DNA from: a virus
Taxonomy: Duplodnaviria > Heunggongvirae > Uroviricota > Caudoviricetes
Direction: 5' to 3' (one strand)
IMG/VR virus record: IMGVR_UViG_3300031758_000005
Length of the DNA: 64,000 nucleotides
This document shows positions 10,697-20,200 of the stretch, in pieces. The position numbers and the translations under genes were made by a program. The notes beneath the pieces were generated by a model that saw only the letters and a list, made by a program, of their open reading frames with translations, did no database searches and had not been told where the DNA came from. Numbering within the stretch: position 1 is the stretch's first letter; the number at the start of each line of letters is the position of its first letter.

Positions 10697-11794
10697 ATGG
10701 CAACCAAACCTTTTTTATCACAAATCGCAGTACCTGTTGGAACAACAACAGGTGATGTTTATTATCCACAAACCAGCTTATTGATGCATTTTAATGGTAC
10801 AAATGGTAGTACCACTATGACAGATAATAGCAAAAATAACTTAACTGTTACTTCAGTTAATGGCGCTGCCATAAGTACTGCACAAAGCAAATTCGGCGGC
10901 AGTAGCGTATTATTTGACGGTACAAATGATTATTTAACTACTAATACAAATGCTAATTTAGCACTAGAAAGTGCAAATTTTACAATTGAGGGTTGGTTTT
11001 ATTTTATTGACGGCACGGCTAATTCACTTCGTCCTGTTTTAGGTAATTATTCGTTATTTTCGTCTAATAGTATTTATTTTGGAAAACACACATCTTATGG
11101 TGGTAAAATGGCACTTTGGATTGGTAACTATTCTGCCAACAATGCATTGTTGGCAGATCCAACTGATCTTACAAATAATCAATGGATACATTTTGCTATA
11201 GTGAGAAATGGTTCAAATTGGACAATGTATAGAGATGGGGTAAGTGTTACAACTGTTACGTATAGTGGTGTAACAAGTACAACAAATTTCTTTTATATAG
11301 GAGCTAGTGGTGATGGATATTATTTTAATGGTTATATAGATGAATTAAGAATTACCAAAGGTATTGCAAGATATACCAGTAATTTTACGCCATCTACCAC
11401 GCAATTTTTAGATAGTGCGGGTGATGCAAATAGTAGTGTAGTGGTTAATAGTACTGCAACAGGATTTGCAATAGGAACAGGTGGTATAAATGGCGCACAA
11501 TTAGCAAAAGCTTGGGTCAACTTTAATGGAACAGGTACTGTAGCTATAAGAGATAGTTATAATGTAAGTAGCATAACAGATTTAGGGGTGGGTGAATATA
11601 CAGTTAATTTTAGTACCGCATTAAATAATACAAATTATTGTGCTGTGGGGTCTTCTAGAATTGTTGTTGGGTCTAGAACTAGTGTAATCGGATTTACAAA
11701 TTATACAACTACAAGTGTAAGAATCGGTGTAATTAATTTAACAAATAGTGTTCAAGATGAAGATACTAACTGTGTATCTATATTTAGCAATTGA
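10697..11794 (+). CDS. LamG-like domain protein (365 aa). Its N-terminal ~65 aa duplicate an internal module of the preceding gene.
   Basis: nt 10745-10945 are ~88% identical to nt 9010-9210. FDGTNDYL and YIDELRITKGIARYTSNFTP motifs are present. Confidence 0.65.
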   Translation: MATKPFLSQIAVPVGTTTGDVYYPQTSLLMHFNGTNGSTTMTDNSKNNLTVTSVNGAAISTAQSKFGGSSVLFDGTNDYLTTNTNANLALESANFTIEGWFYFIDGTANSLRPVLGNYSLFSSNSIYFGKHTSYGGKMALWIGNYSANNALLADPTDLTNNQWIHFAIVRNGSNWTMYRDGVSVTTVTYSGVTSTTNFFYIGASGDGYYFNGYIDELRITKGIARYTSNFTPSTTQFLDSAGDANSSVVVNSTATGFAIGTGGINGAQLAKAWVNFNGTGTVAIRDSYNVSSITDLGVGEYTVNFSTALNNTNYCAVGSSRIVVGSRTSVIGFTNYTTTSVRIGVINLTNSVQDEDTNCVSIFSN

Positions 11795-12039
11795 AATTAA
11801 CTATATATAAGAGTATGAGTGAAAAACGAATAATATACCCAACGGAAAATGGTGGAGTTGCTATAATAATTCCATCCATAAGTGCAAAAAATTCCAATGA
11901 AACTTATGATGAATTTATTGAACGAATTGCTGCAAAAGATGTACCCGCAGCAACATCATATAAAATTGTGCCGGTAGAAGATATACCAACAGATAGAACA
12001 TTCAGAAACGCCTGGGAATATCCAACAGATACACTATAA
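11791..12039 (+). CDS. Hypothetical protein (82 aa)
   Basis: ORF whose start overlaps the stop of the preceding gene by 4 nt. Confidence 0.45.
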   Translation: MKLTIYKSMSEKRIIYPTENGGVAIIIPSISAKNSNETYDEFIERIAAKDVPAATSYKIVPVEDIPTDRTFRNAWEYPTDTL

Positions 12040-12043
12040 TTTT

Positions 12044-12292
12044 ATGATAACCATAAACCTTGATAAAGCCAAAGAAATACAAAAAAATAGATGGAGAACC
12101 GCAAGAAAACCTATCTTAGAAAAATTAGATACACAATTTATGCGTGCTGTTGAAACCGGAGACACAGCCAAACAACAACAAATCGCAACACAAAAACAAG
12201 CACTAAGAGATGTTACAACCACCGATTTATCATCCGTAACTACCCCAGACCAATTAAAAACAATTTGGCCAAGTATATTAAACGAATCATAA
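12044..12292 (+). CDS. Hypothetical protein (82 aa)
   Basis: ORF, tightly packed. Confidence 0.45.
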   Translation: MITINLDKAKEIQKNRWRTARKPILEKLDTQFMRAVETGDTAKQQQIATQKQALRDVTTTDLSSVTTPDQLKTIWPSILNES

Positions 12293-12295
12293 TTT

Positions 12296-12979
12296 ATGTA
12301 CTATAGCCCACGAATAGTCACAAGCGGTTTGGTATTGGCACTAGATGCAGCTGAACGTCTTAGCTATCCTCGCACAGGCACAACGTGGCGTGATTTAAGC
12401 GGTAATAGTAACAATGGCACATTAACCAATGGTCCTACTTTTAGCGCGGGTAATATGGGTAGTATAGTTTTCGATGGTGTGGATGATTATGTTAATATGG
12501 GCACAAGCACTTATTGTAATCTTATTAATATAAGTGTTTCTGTTTGGGTAAGAGTCACTAGTGCAAGTGGATATTTTTTGGGTAGATATAATAACATTAC
12601 TGCTTTTAATGGGTTTATTATGTATTATGATGTAGCATCAACTAAATTTGGTGTTGGTGGTAGAGAATCGAGCGCCACATATTTAAATAGTGCAACGATA
12701 AATACATATCCGTTAAATAACTGGTATAATTTTACCTGGACAAAATCCGCAAATGTTTGGTCGCTTTATGTTAATGGTTCTTTAGATGTATCATCTGCAC
12801 TTGGAAATGGAACCACACCATATTCAAATAATACTATGTGGCTTGGCGCAAATAATGAAGGCGGTACCCAATATTATTCCGGTGGAAATTTATCTAATGT
12901 TTTTATATACAACAGAACAATAACTGCCGTTGAAGTATTGCAAAATTATAACGCAACTAAAAGTAGATTTGGTAGATAA
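12296..12979 (+). CDS. Small LamG/concanavalin-like protein, tandem paralog 1 of 3
   Basis: Shares N-terminus PRIVTSGLVLALDAAERLSYP...WRDLSGNSNNGTLTNGPTFSAGN...FDGVDDY and C-terminus IYNRTITAVEVLQNYNATKSRFG with the next two genes. Confidence 0.65.
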   Translation: MYYSPRIVTSGLVLALDAAERLSYPRTGTTWRDLSGNSNNGTLTNGPTFSAGNMGSIVFDGVDDYVNMGTSTYCNLINISVSVWVRVTSASGYFLGRYNNITAFNGFIMYYDVASTKFGVGGRESSATYLNSATINTYPLNNWYNFTWTKSANVWSLYVNGSLDVSSALGNGTTPYSNNTMWLGANNEGGTQYYSGGNLSNVFIYNRTITAVEVLQNYNATKSRFGR

Positions 12980-12990
12980 TTATAGTATAT

Positions 12991-13695
12991 ATGTCTGGTA
13001 TATCAGGACCCAAAATAATTACAAGTGGATGTGTTTTATCACTAGATGCAGCTGATAAAAACAGTTATCCTGGTAGCGGCACAGCTTGGCGAGATTTGAG
13101 TGGTAATGGAAAAAATCTCACATTAACAAACGGTCCTACATTTAGTGCTGGTAATCAAGGTAGTATAGTTTTTGATGGTACAAATGATTATGCGGTTTTG
13201 AATCCAGTATCTGCATTTAATATATACTGTATTAGTATGTGGTTTAAACCAACAACAATAATTAATTCTACATCGGCTTATAAACCTTTAATTCATTTCA
13301 AAAGTAGTACTGCTAAATATATAAGTTTTGGCGATACAACAAACCGTGTTGCGAATGAATATATTACTATTGTACAAGAACCAGGTGACAGAAGAACGGC
13401 TGTTAACGATGGAGGGTCTTTATCTGCTGGTGTCTGGTATAATGTTGTTTTTAACTACGAAAGTTCTAAATACAATATTTATATAAATAATACATTAAAA
13501 AGTACAACTATTGGTTCTTCTTTAGGTGATGTCCCATTAATAACAGATCCAGATTTTATATATTTAAATTCTTATGAAGGAGTTTCTGGATATTTAGATA
13601 GTTCATTATCTATATGTACGATTTATAACAGAACATTAACCGCATCTGAATTATTACAAAATTATAACGCAGTTAAAAATAGATTTGGATTATAA
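12991..13695 (+). CDS. Small LamG/concanavalin-like protein, tandem paralog 2 of 3
   Basis: Same N- and C-terminal signature. The conserved upstream junction is taattatagtatat. Confidence 0.65.
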   Translation: MSGISGPKIITSGCVLSLDAADKNSYPGSGTAWRDLSGNGKNLTLTNGPTFSAGNQGSIVFDGTNDYAVLNPVSAFNIYCISMWFKPTTIINSTSAYKPLIHFKSSTAKYISFGDTTNRVANEYITIVQEPGDRRTAVNDGGSLSAGVWYNVVFNYESSKYNIYINNTLKSTTIGSSLGDVPLITDPDFIYLNSYEGVSGYLDSSLSICTIYNRTLTASELLQNYNAVKNRFGL

Positions 13696-13704
13696 TTATA
13701 GTAT

Positions 13705-14415
13705 ATGGGAATAGCCAGAGGTCCAAAAATTGTAACAAGCGGTTTATTATTAGCACTAGATGCGGCCGATAAAAACAGTTACGCTGGTAGCGGCACAGCT
13801 TGGCGAGATTTGAGTGGTAATAGTAATAATGGCACATTGACAAATGGACCTACATTTAGTGCGGGTAATCAAGGAAGTATCGTTTTTGATGGCACAAATG
13901 ATTACGTTGATACAGTTAATACCGGAACAACTTTTCAATTTGCAAATGTCACATTTACTGTGAGTTTATGGATAAAAACAAGCGCTACAAGTGGTGTTAT
14001 TATTTCTAAAGGTGCAACTGCTTCTACGGCAGGTTGGCTGTTTCAATTTAACTCCGAAGGAACAGTTTCTGGTACTACAAAAGGTTCTGATGGTACTAAT
14101 ACTTATAACAGAGCAAGCACAGCAACAGTCAATAATAATACTTGGAGAAATATAGTATCAGTATATACAACTAATACAACAACTCTTGCGAGTAATACAA
14201 CATCAATATATATAGATGGTGTTTTAAGTAATGGTACAGGTACATTAGGCGGATTAGTATATGCGACAACTACAGATACTGTTCAAATAGGTAGAAGACC
14301 TTCCGGTGCTTATTGGTCCGGCTCTGTATCTAATTTATTGATATACAACAGAGCATTAACCGCAACAGAAATCTTACAAAACTATAACGCAACAAAAGGT
14401 AGATACGGACTATAA
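13705..14415 (+). CDS. Small LamG/concanavalin-like protein, tandem paralog 3 of 3
   Basis: Same signature, with a diverged middle region. Confidence 0.65.
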   Translation: MGIARGPKIVTSGLLLALDAADKNSYAGSGTAWRDLSGNSNNGTLTNGPTFSAGNQGSIVFDGTNDYVDTVNTGTTFQFANVTFTVSLWIKTSATSGVIISKGATASTAGWLFQFNSEGTVSGTTKGSDGTNTYNRASTATVNNNTWRNIVSVYTTNTTTLASNTTSIYIDGVLSNGTGTLGGLVYATTTDTVQIGRRPSGAYWSGSVSNLLIYNRALTATEILQNYNATKGRYGL

Positions 14416-14420
14416 AATTT

Positions 14421-14693
14421 ATGAGTGAAACAAACGTAACAATATACGAGGATAGAGAATTTATGATATTCAATGTAAGTGAATTGAATCTTGTAGATTT
14501 CACTAAAGTGGAAGAAACTTCAATCGATACTGTAAGAAAAAGTGTTGACCAAACCAAAACATTTTGTAAATGGGATGGCGCAACACCTGAATTCTTCAGT
14601 CAAATGACCACCAAAGAAGGTCCATACACTTACCCCGAAATATTAGATATACTAGCTACACCCGAATGGACAGATCCTAATCCTCCATTCTGA
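14421..14693 (+). CDS. Hypothetical protein (90 aa)
   Basis: ORF. Confidence 0.45.
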   Translation: MSETNVTIYEDREFMIFNVSELNLVDFTKVEETSIDTVRKSVDQTKTFCKWDGATPEFFSQMTTKEGPYTYPEILDILATPEWTDPNPPF

Positions 14694-14732
14694 TCTATTT
14701 ATAGTTTTGGTTTATAATATGTATATAAACCA

Positions 14733-17183
14733 ATGATATTTAGAGCTACAAATTCATCGTCGTTTCTATTTAATCCTATCTACCCAATCTTTCTTACCAG
14801 AAAGTATTTGGGTACGCCTCTTTCATTAAATAGACGCAATCTCATTTTCAGAGTAAAAGTAGTAGAAAGCGCAAGTTTAAATCTTACTCTTAATTCAGCG
14901 CTTACCGAATTAAACACAGAATCATCTACCAATAATATAACATTACGATCTGCTAATGTTATACCATTATATACCCCAGCTACATTATACAGTTCTCTTA
15001 ATAGTGTTTCTATACCATCGTCAATTGGAGATAAAATTGATTATGCACAATCACTAAACAGTGTAACTTATACAAACGCAAATGTAGAATCTGTAACAAT
15101 ATCACCAGGCTTAAATAACATAAGTTTAAAACTTGACGGTGATAAATCAGTAAATTCAATTAATCTTTCAAATGTTCAATTAATTGACCCAAGAATAAAT
15201 ATTGGTAATCAAAATATAGCACTAAATAGTACCATATATGATACTCCAATATTAAACTCAAGTGCTATATACAATACATTAAATAATGTTGATCATTATA
15301 AAAATATAACTGATCAAACAATAACTAATATAGCATTAAACGGTTCAAATTATTACACTGATATATTAGATAGTGGTAATACAAACATATCACTTAATAG
15401 TATTATCACTTATAAGCCTGATATAGATAATTCAATAAACAGTATCAACTTACATAGCACATTACATTTGCCTGTTCAAGTTGATATGGGAAGTAATGTT
15501 GTGCAGTTGTTGGGATCATCTTATTATACAAACATATATGATACATCTCAAACCGCAGTATCTGTATTGGGATCACAATATTATGTAAACTACACAGATA
15601 CGTCGCAAACCGCTGTATCTACATTGGGATCACAGTATTATGTGGATTTCTACGATACGTCACAAACTGCAGTATCCACACTTGGATCACAATATTATGT
15701 TGACTTTTATGATGTATCGCAAATTGCAGAAACAGTACTGGGTTCACAATATTATGTAGATTTTTATGACTCATCACAAACCGCAGTATCCACACTTGGA
15801 TCTCAATATTATGTAAATTTTTATGATGCGTCGCAAAATGCGGAAACTGTACTGGGTTCACAATATTATGTAAATTTTTACAATGCATCACAAACCGCTG
15901 TATCAACGGTGGGATCTCAATATTATGTAAACTATACTGACGCATCCGATACTTCATTAGCACTAAATTCTTCTGGGTATTATGTAAATTATACGGATAC
16001 ATCAATTAATACAAGTAATATAGTTGGTTTAAACAATTATGTAGATTTTTCTGATATATCCAATAATTCTATAGCTTTAAATAAATTAAGCAACTATGTT
16101 AATTTTGATGATGTATCTATTTCAAATAATGTTTTGGGTAGTCTAAATCATAATCCTGTACAACTTGAAATTGTAAATGAAAATCTAACTATTTCTAGTC
16201 TCAATTATAAATCAATTAATTTAGAAATTGTAAATGAAAATCTTACCATCAATAGTTTAAATTACAATTATTATGCTACTGATTTAATTGCTCAAAATAA
16301 TGGTTTAAATAGTTTAATATTAAAATCTGCTGATTATGATGACAGTGTTTCATTTGCAACATCTTTAAATTCTGTAACATTTGTACCAAACGAATACATA
16401 AAATCGGTTATCCAAAATAGTAGTGTATTGACCAATTTGAGTATGTTTCAAGGACCATATTCAAATAATATGACATACAATGTAGCATTAACTAATTTGA
16501 ATTATTCGTTGAGTGAATATAATAAATTGGTTAATACCACAGATAATTTGCGTAAATTGGTATATGAAGATGAATCCAACAATAAGTTGGTAAATCAATC
16601 ATCTAACTTAAGATCGTTAAGATATGATGATACTAGATTTGAAGTAAATGTTAGTGAAAACAATAGATTATCATCGTTAAGAAATTTACTTGACTCAAAT
16701 AATAGCACAAAAATATCTGGGTCATTTAAAAATATATCATATAATGCAGCATTAATTGATACTGTATTGGGTTCAAATACTACATTTAGACCATACAGTA
16801 CCGCTTCAGCTGTTACATTTAATAGTGATTCACCCACAAATTATGTAAAACAAATCAATATTATTTACTATATGAACGGGGGTAATTTAACTCAAAGTAT
16901 AGTAAATTTTGGTGAAGATTTAGCATTTCAAGTAATAGGTAATTCTAATCCTGGCACATATGTAACCAACTTTGATTATAATACACCCTACAGAGCCAGT
17001 TTTATTACAAAAAATTGGCCAGTATATCAATATGATACAGGTTCCAACGCAAACCTACCTGTTATACTCAATTGTTCCAATGTTGAACGTAAAATAAGCG
17101 CAACATCAGGTATATGGGTAGAAGCATCATTGGAAGACGGTGGAACATTGGTGGATGAATACGGATTTAGTATAGATATATAA
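14733..17183 (+). CDS. Repeat-rich structural protein (816 aa) with ~11 tandem 20-aa repeats (YYVNYTDTSQTAVSTLGSQ)
   Basis: 60-nt period repeats at 15519-16143. Asn/Ser/Thr-rich beta-strand-like composition. Confidence 0.6.
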   Translation: MIFRATNSSSFLFNPIYPIFLTRKYLGTPLSLNRRNLIFRVKVVESASLNLTLNSALTELNTESSTNNITLRSANVIPLYTPATLYSSLNSVSIPSSIGDKIDYAQSLNSVTYTNANVESVTISPGLNNISLKLDGDKSVNSINLSNVQLIDPRINIGNQNIALNSTIYDTPILNSSAIYNTLNNVDHYKNITDQTITNIALNGSNYYTDILDSGNTNISLNSIITYKPDIDNSINSINLHSTLHLPVQVDMGSNVVQLLGSSYYTNIYDTSQTAVSVLGSQYYVNYTDTSQTAVSTLGSQYYVDFYDTSQTAVSTLGSQYYVDFYDVSQIAETVLGSQYYVDFYDSSQTAVSTLGSQYYVNFYDASQNAETVLGSQYYVNFYNASQTAVSTVGSQYYVNYTDASDTSLALNSSGYYVNYTDTSINTSNIVGLNNYVDFSDISNNSIALNKLSNYVNFDDVSISNNVLGSLNHNPVQLEIVNENLTISSLNYKSINLEIVNENLTINSLNYNYYATDLIAQNNGLNSLILKSADYDDSVSFATSLNSVTFVPNEYIKSVIQNSSVLTNLSMFQGPYSNNMTYNVALTNLNYSLSEYNKLVNTTDNLRKLVYEDESNNKLVNQSSNLRSLRYDDTRFEVNVSENNRLSSLRNLLDSNNSTKISGSFKNISYNAALIDTVLGSNTTFRPYSTASAVTFNSDSPTNYVKQINIIYYMNGGNLTQSIVNFGEDLAFQVIGNSNPGTYVTNFDYNTPYRASFITKNWPVYQYDTGSNANLPVILNCSNVERKISATSGIWVEASLEDGGTLVDEYGFSIDI
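15519..16143 (+). repeat. Coding tandem repeat array, 60-nt (20-aa) period, ~11 units
   Basis: ...tcacaatattatgta(a/g)a(c/t)t...tc(g/a)caaaccgc(a/t)gtatc... repeated. Located inside gene 14733..17183. Confidence 0.8.
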
Positions 17184-17207
17184 CAGTGTTTTAATATTTA
17201 TTAAAGA

Positions 17208-20200
17208 ATGAGAATAACAGATCTACCACAATTATTTACAGCGTCTATCAATGATTTGCTGTACGTAATTGATGTAAACGATACAAGTAGCTTTTTTTCT
17301 GGGTCAAGCAAAAGAATAGACATTAGTACTCTTTTTTCTTCACCTAGCATAACCGCTAGTTTTGCTAAAAAAGCATTAAGTGCTAGTTATGCTAAAACAG
17401 CCAGTTACGCACTAGTATCAAGATCATCCAGTTACGCATTTAATGCTACAACCGCAAGTTATGCATTAAATGCTGGTACCAAAATATACACAGGCAGTGT
17501 ATATCCAATAACCGCAAGTTGGGCTATCAATGGTGGCACCAAATTGTATACCGGAAGTACATACCCAATAACTTCCAGTTGGGCACTCAATGGTGGCACA
17601 AAGTTATATACTTCCAGTACATATCCAATAACCGCAAGTTGGGCCATAACCGCGAGTTACGCTTTAAATCAAACCACCAGCGGTACATCAGGCACTTCTG
17701 GCACCGCAGGTAGTAGCGGAACAAGTGGTACCAGTGGCACAAGTGGTACCAGTGGCACCAGTGGAACAAATGGCACCAGTGGATCAAGTGGGTCAAGTGG
17801 ATCAAGTGGTACATCTGCAACCGCTGGTACTAGTGGTTTAACAGGATCAAGTGGTACGAGTGGTACAAGCGGCAGTGATGGTACCAGTGGGTCAAGCGGT
17901 AGCAGTGGCAGCAGTGGTACCAGCGGTATAGAAGGTGGTAGATTGTTTACCGTAACAAGTTCTGGATTTAATTATAATATCGCTGGTTACACTGGATCAT
18001 TTCCTACCATTACGGTGGTAAGGGGACAATTATATTACTTTGATGTAAGCGGTGTATCTGCGTCACATCCATTTGCCTTGAGATTGTCAAGTGGCAATAC
18101 TAGTGCTGTACCTGGCACCACAAATAATGATCCTGTAAATGGATTGGCAAATACAAACACTTTAATAATTTACAGAGTACCTGAAGACGCTCCTTCTAGT
18201 ATAGTTTACCAATGTGTTGTACATTCAGGTATGATTGGAACTATAAATATAGTAAACCAATATGGTACATCTGGTACATCTGGTACTGCGGGAACAGCCG
18301 GTAGTAGCGGAAGTAGTGGCACAAGTGGTAGTGATGGTACCAGTGGGTCTAGCGGTAGTAGTGGAGAATCTGGTACAAGTGGTAGCAGTGGAAGTAGTGG
18401 AAGTAGTGGTAGTAGCGGATCTAGCGGTAGTAGCGGTAGTAGTGGAAGTAGTGGTACAAGCGGCAGTGATGGTACCAGTGGATCCAGCGGTAGCAGTGGC
18501 AGTAGTGGAACAAGTGGTATAGAAGGTGGTGGTTTATTTACAGTAACTAGTTCTGGTTTTAATTATAACATTGCTGGTTATTCTGGTACTTTTCCTACTA
18601 TTACGGTAGTGAGAGGTCAGTTGTATTATTTTAATGTAAGCGGCGTATCTGCATCACATCCATTTGCATTGAGATTATCAAGTGGTAATACTGCAACAGT
18701 ACCAGGAACAACAAACAATGATCCTGTAAATGGATTGGCAAATACAAACACTTTAATAATTTACAGAGTACCCAATGATGCGCCTAATAGTATAGTTTAT
18801 CAGTGCGTTATACATTCAGGTATGATTGGAACTATAAACATAGTTGATCAATATGGTACATCCGGTACATCTGGTACTACGGGAACAGCTGGATCAAGTG
18901 GTAGCAGTGGTAGCAGTGGTAGCAGTGGTGAAAATGGTACAAGTGGTACTAGCGGTAGTACTGGTACAAGTGGTAGCAGTGGATCCAGTGGAAGTAGTGG
19001 AACAAGTGGTACGTCCGCAACTGCTGGTACAAGTGGTGAAACTTTTGGTACCAGTGGTACTAGCGGCAGTACAGGAACAAGTGGTACTAGTGGAGAATCT
19101 GGTACAAGTGGTAGCAGTGGATCCAGTGGAAGTAGTGGAACAAGCGGCACCAATGGTACATCTGCAACTGCTGGTACAAGCGGTGAAACTTTTGGTACCA
19201 GTGGTACCAGTGGATTGACGGGAACTAGCGGTACATCTGGTAGTACCGGAACAAGTGGTAGCAGTGGTAGCAGTGGAGAATCAGGTACCAGTGGAAGTAG
19301 TGGACAATCTGGTACTAGTGGCAGTAGTGGTAATACTGGTAGCAGCGGTAGTAGTGGTGTGAGTGGTACTACGTTGTATACTGGTAGCACATATCCTATA
19401 ACGGCTAGTAGAGCTGTTACTGCAAGTTATGCGTTGAATGCTACTGGTGGTGGAAGTTCTTTGTACACTGGTAGTACTTATCCGATAACTGCAAGTTGGG
19501 CACTGTATGTAGTGAATGGAACTAGTGGTACTGCTTCATTGAATTTAACTAACATTACACGTAGTGGCAATGGAAGTGGTTCTGTTTATAATTTAAATAA
19601 CAATACATTTACCGGCACAAATTCTTTGGTATTTCTGGGTGGTATTACTTTAAATAATAATATTGATTATACACTGAGTTCTGGAATATTAACATTTACT
19701 TCCCCACCACTATTAAATGAAGAAATACACGTTGTTAAATTTACAGGTGGTGGTGCAAATGGTACTAGTGGTACAAGTGGCATAGTTGGTATTGCCAATG
19801 CGCAAACATTCACAAGCAATGGTATTGCTACACAATACGCTCTTACACAAAGTGTAGTACGTAGTTATGACATTATAGTTGCTATTAATGGTGTGGTTCA
19901 AAATTACAGTTCCAGTTATACTGTAACTGGATCTACACTTACATTAGCTTCTGCACCACCATTAAATTCTAAAGTGGATGTCAGATTTTTAGGTAGCGCA
20001 GCTGGCGGTGGAGGAGGCGGTAGCGGCACAAACGGTACAAGTGGATCAAGTGGATCAAGTGGTACTAGCGGCACAAGTGGGTCAAGTGGAGAATCAGGTA
20101 CAAGTGGATCAAGTGGAGAATCAGGTACAAGTGGGTCAAGTGGGTCAAGTGGAGAATCAGGTACAAGTGGGTCAAGTGGTACTAGCGGCACAAGTGGATC

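Noticed and set aside
1-14415. Diversity-generating retroelement (template/variable repeat pair) as an explanation for the variable LamG cores
   Set aside because: No reverse transcriptase gene is in the window. Variable regions differ by blocks and indels rather than adenine-specific substitutions, so homologous cassette exchange is the simpler model.
15619-16005. 128-aa − strand ORF inside the 60-nt repeat array
   Set aside because: It is produced by periodic absence of stop codons on the antisense strand of the tandem repeats and carries no independent coding signal.
15519-16143. Regularly spaced direct repeats that could be mistaken for a CRISPR array
   Set aside because: The repeats are contiguous with no spacers, are in frame within a long ORF and encode a 20-aa peptide repeat. 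No cas genes are present.
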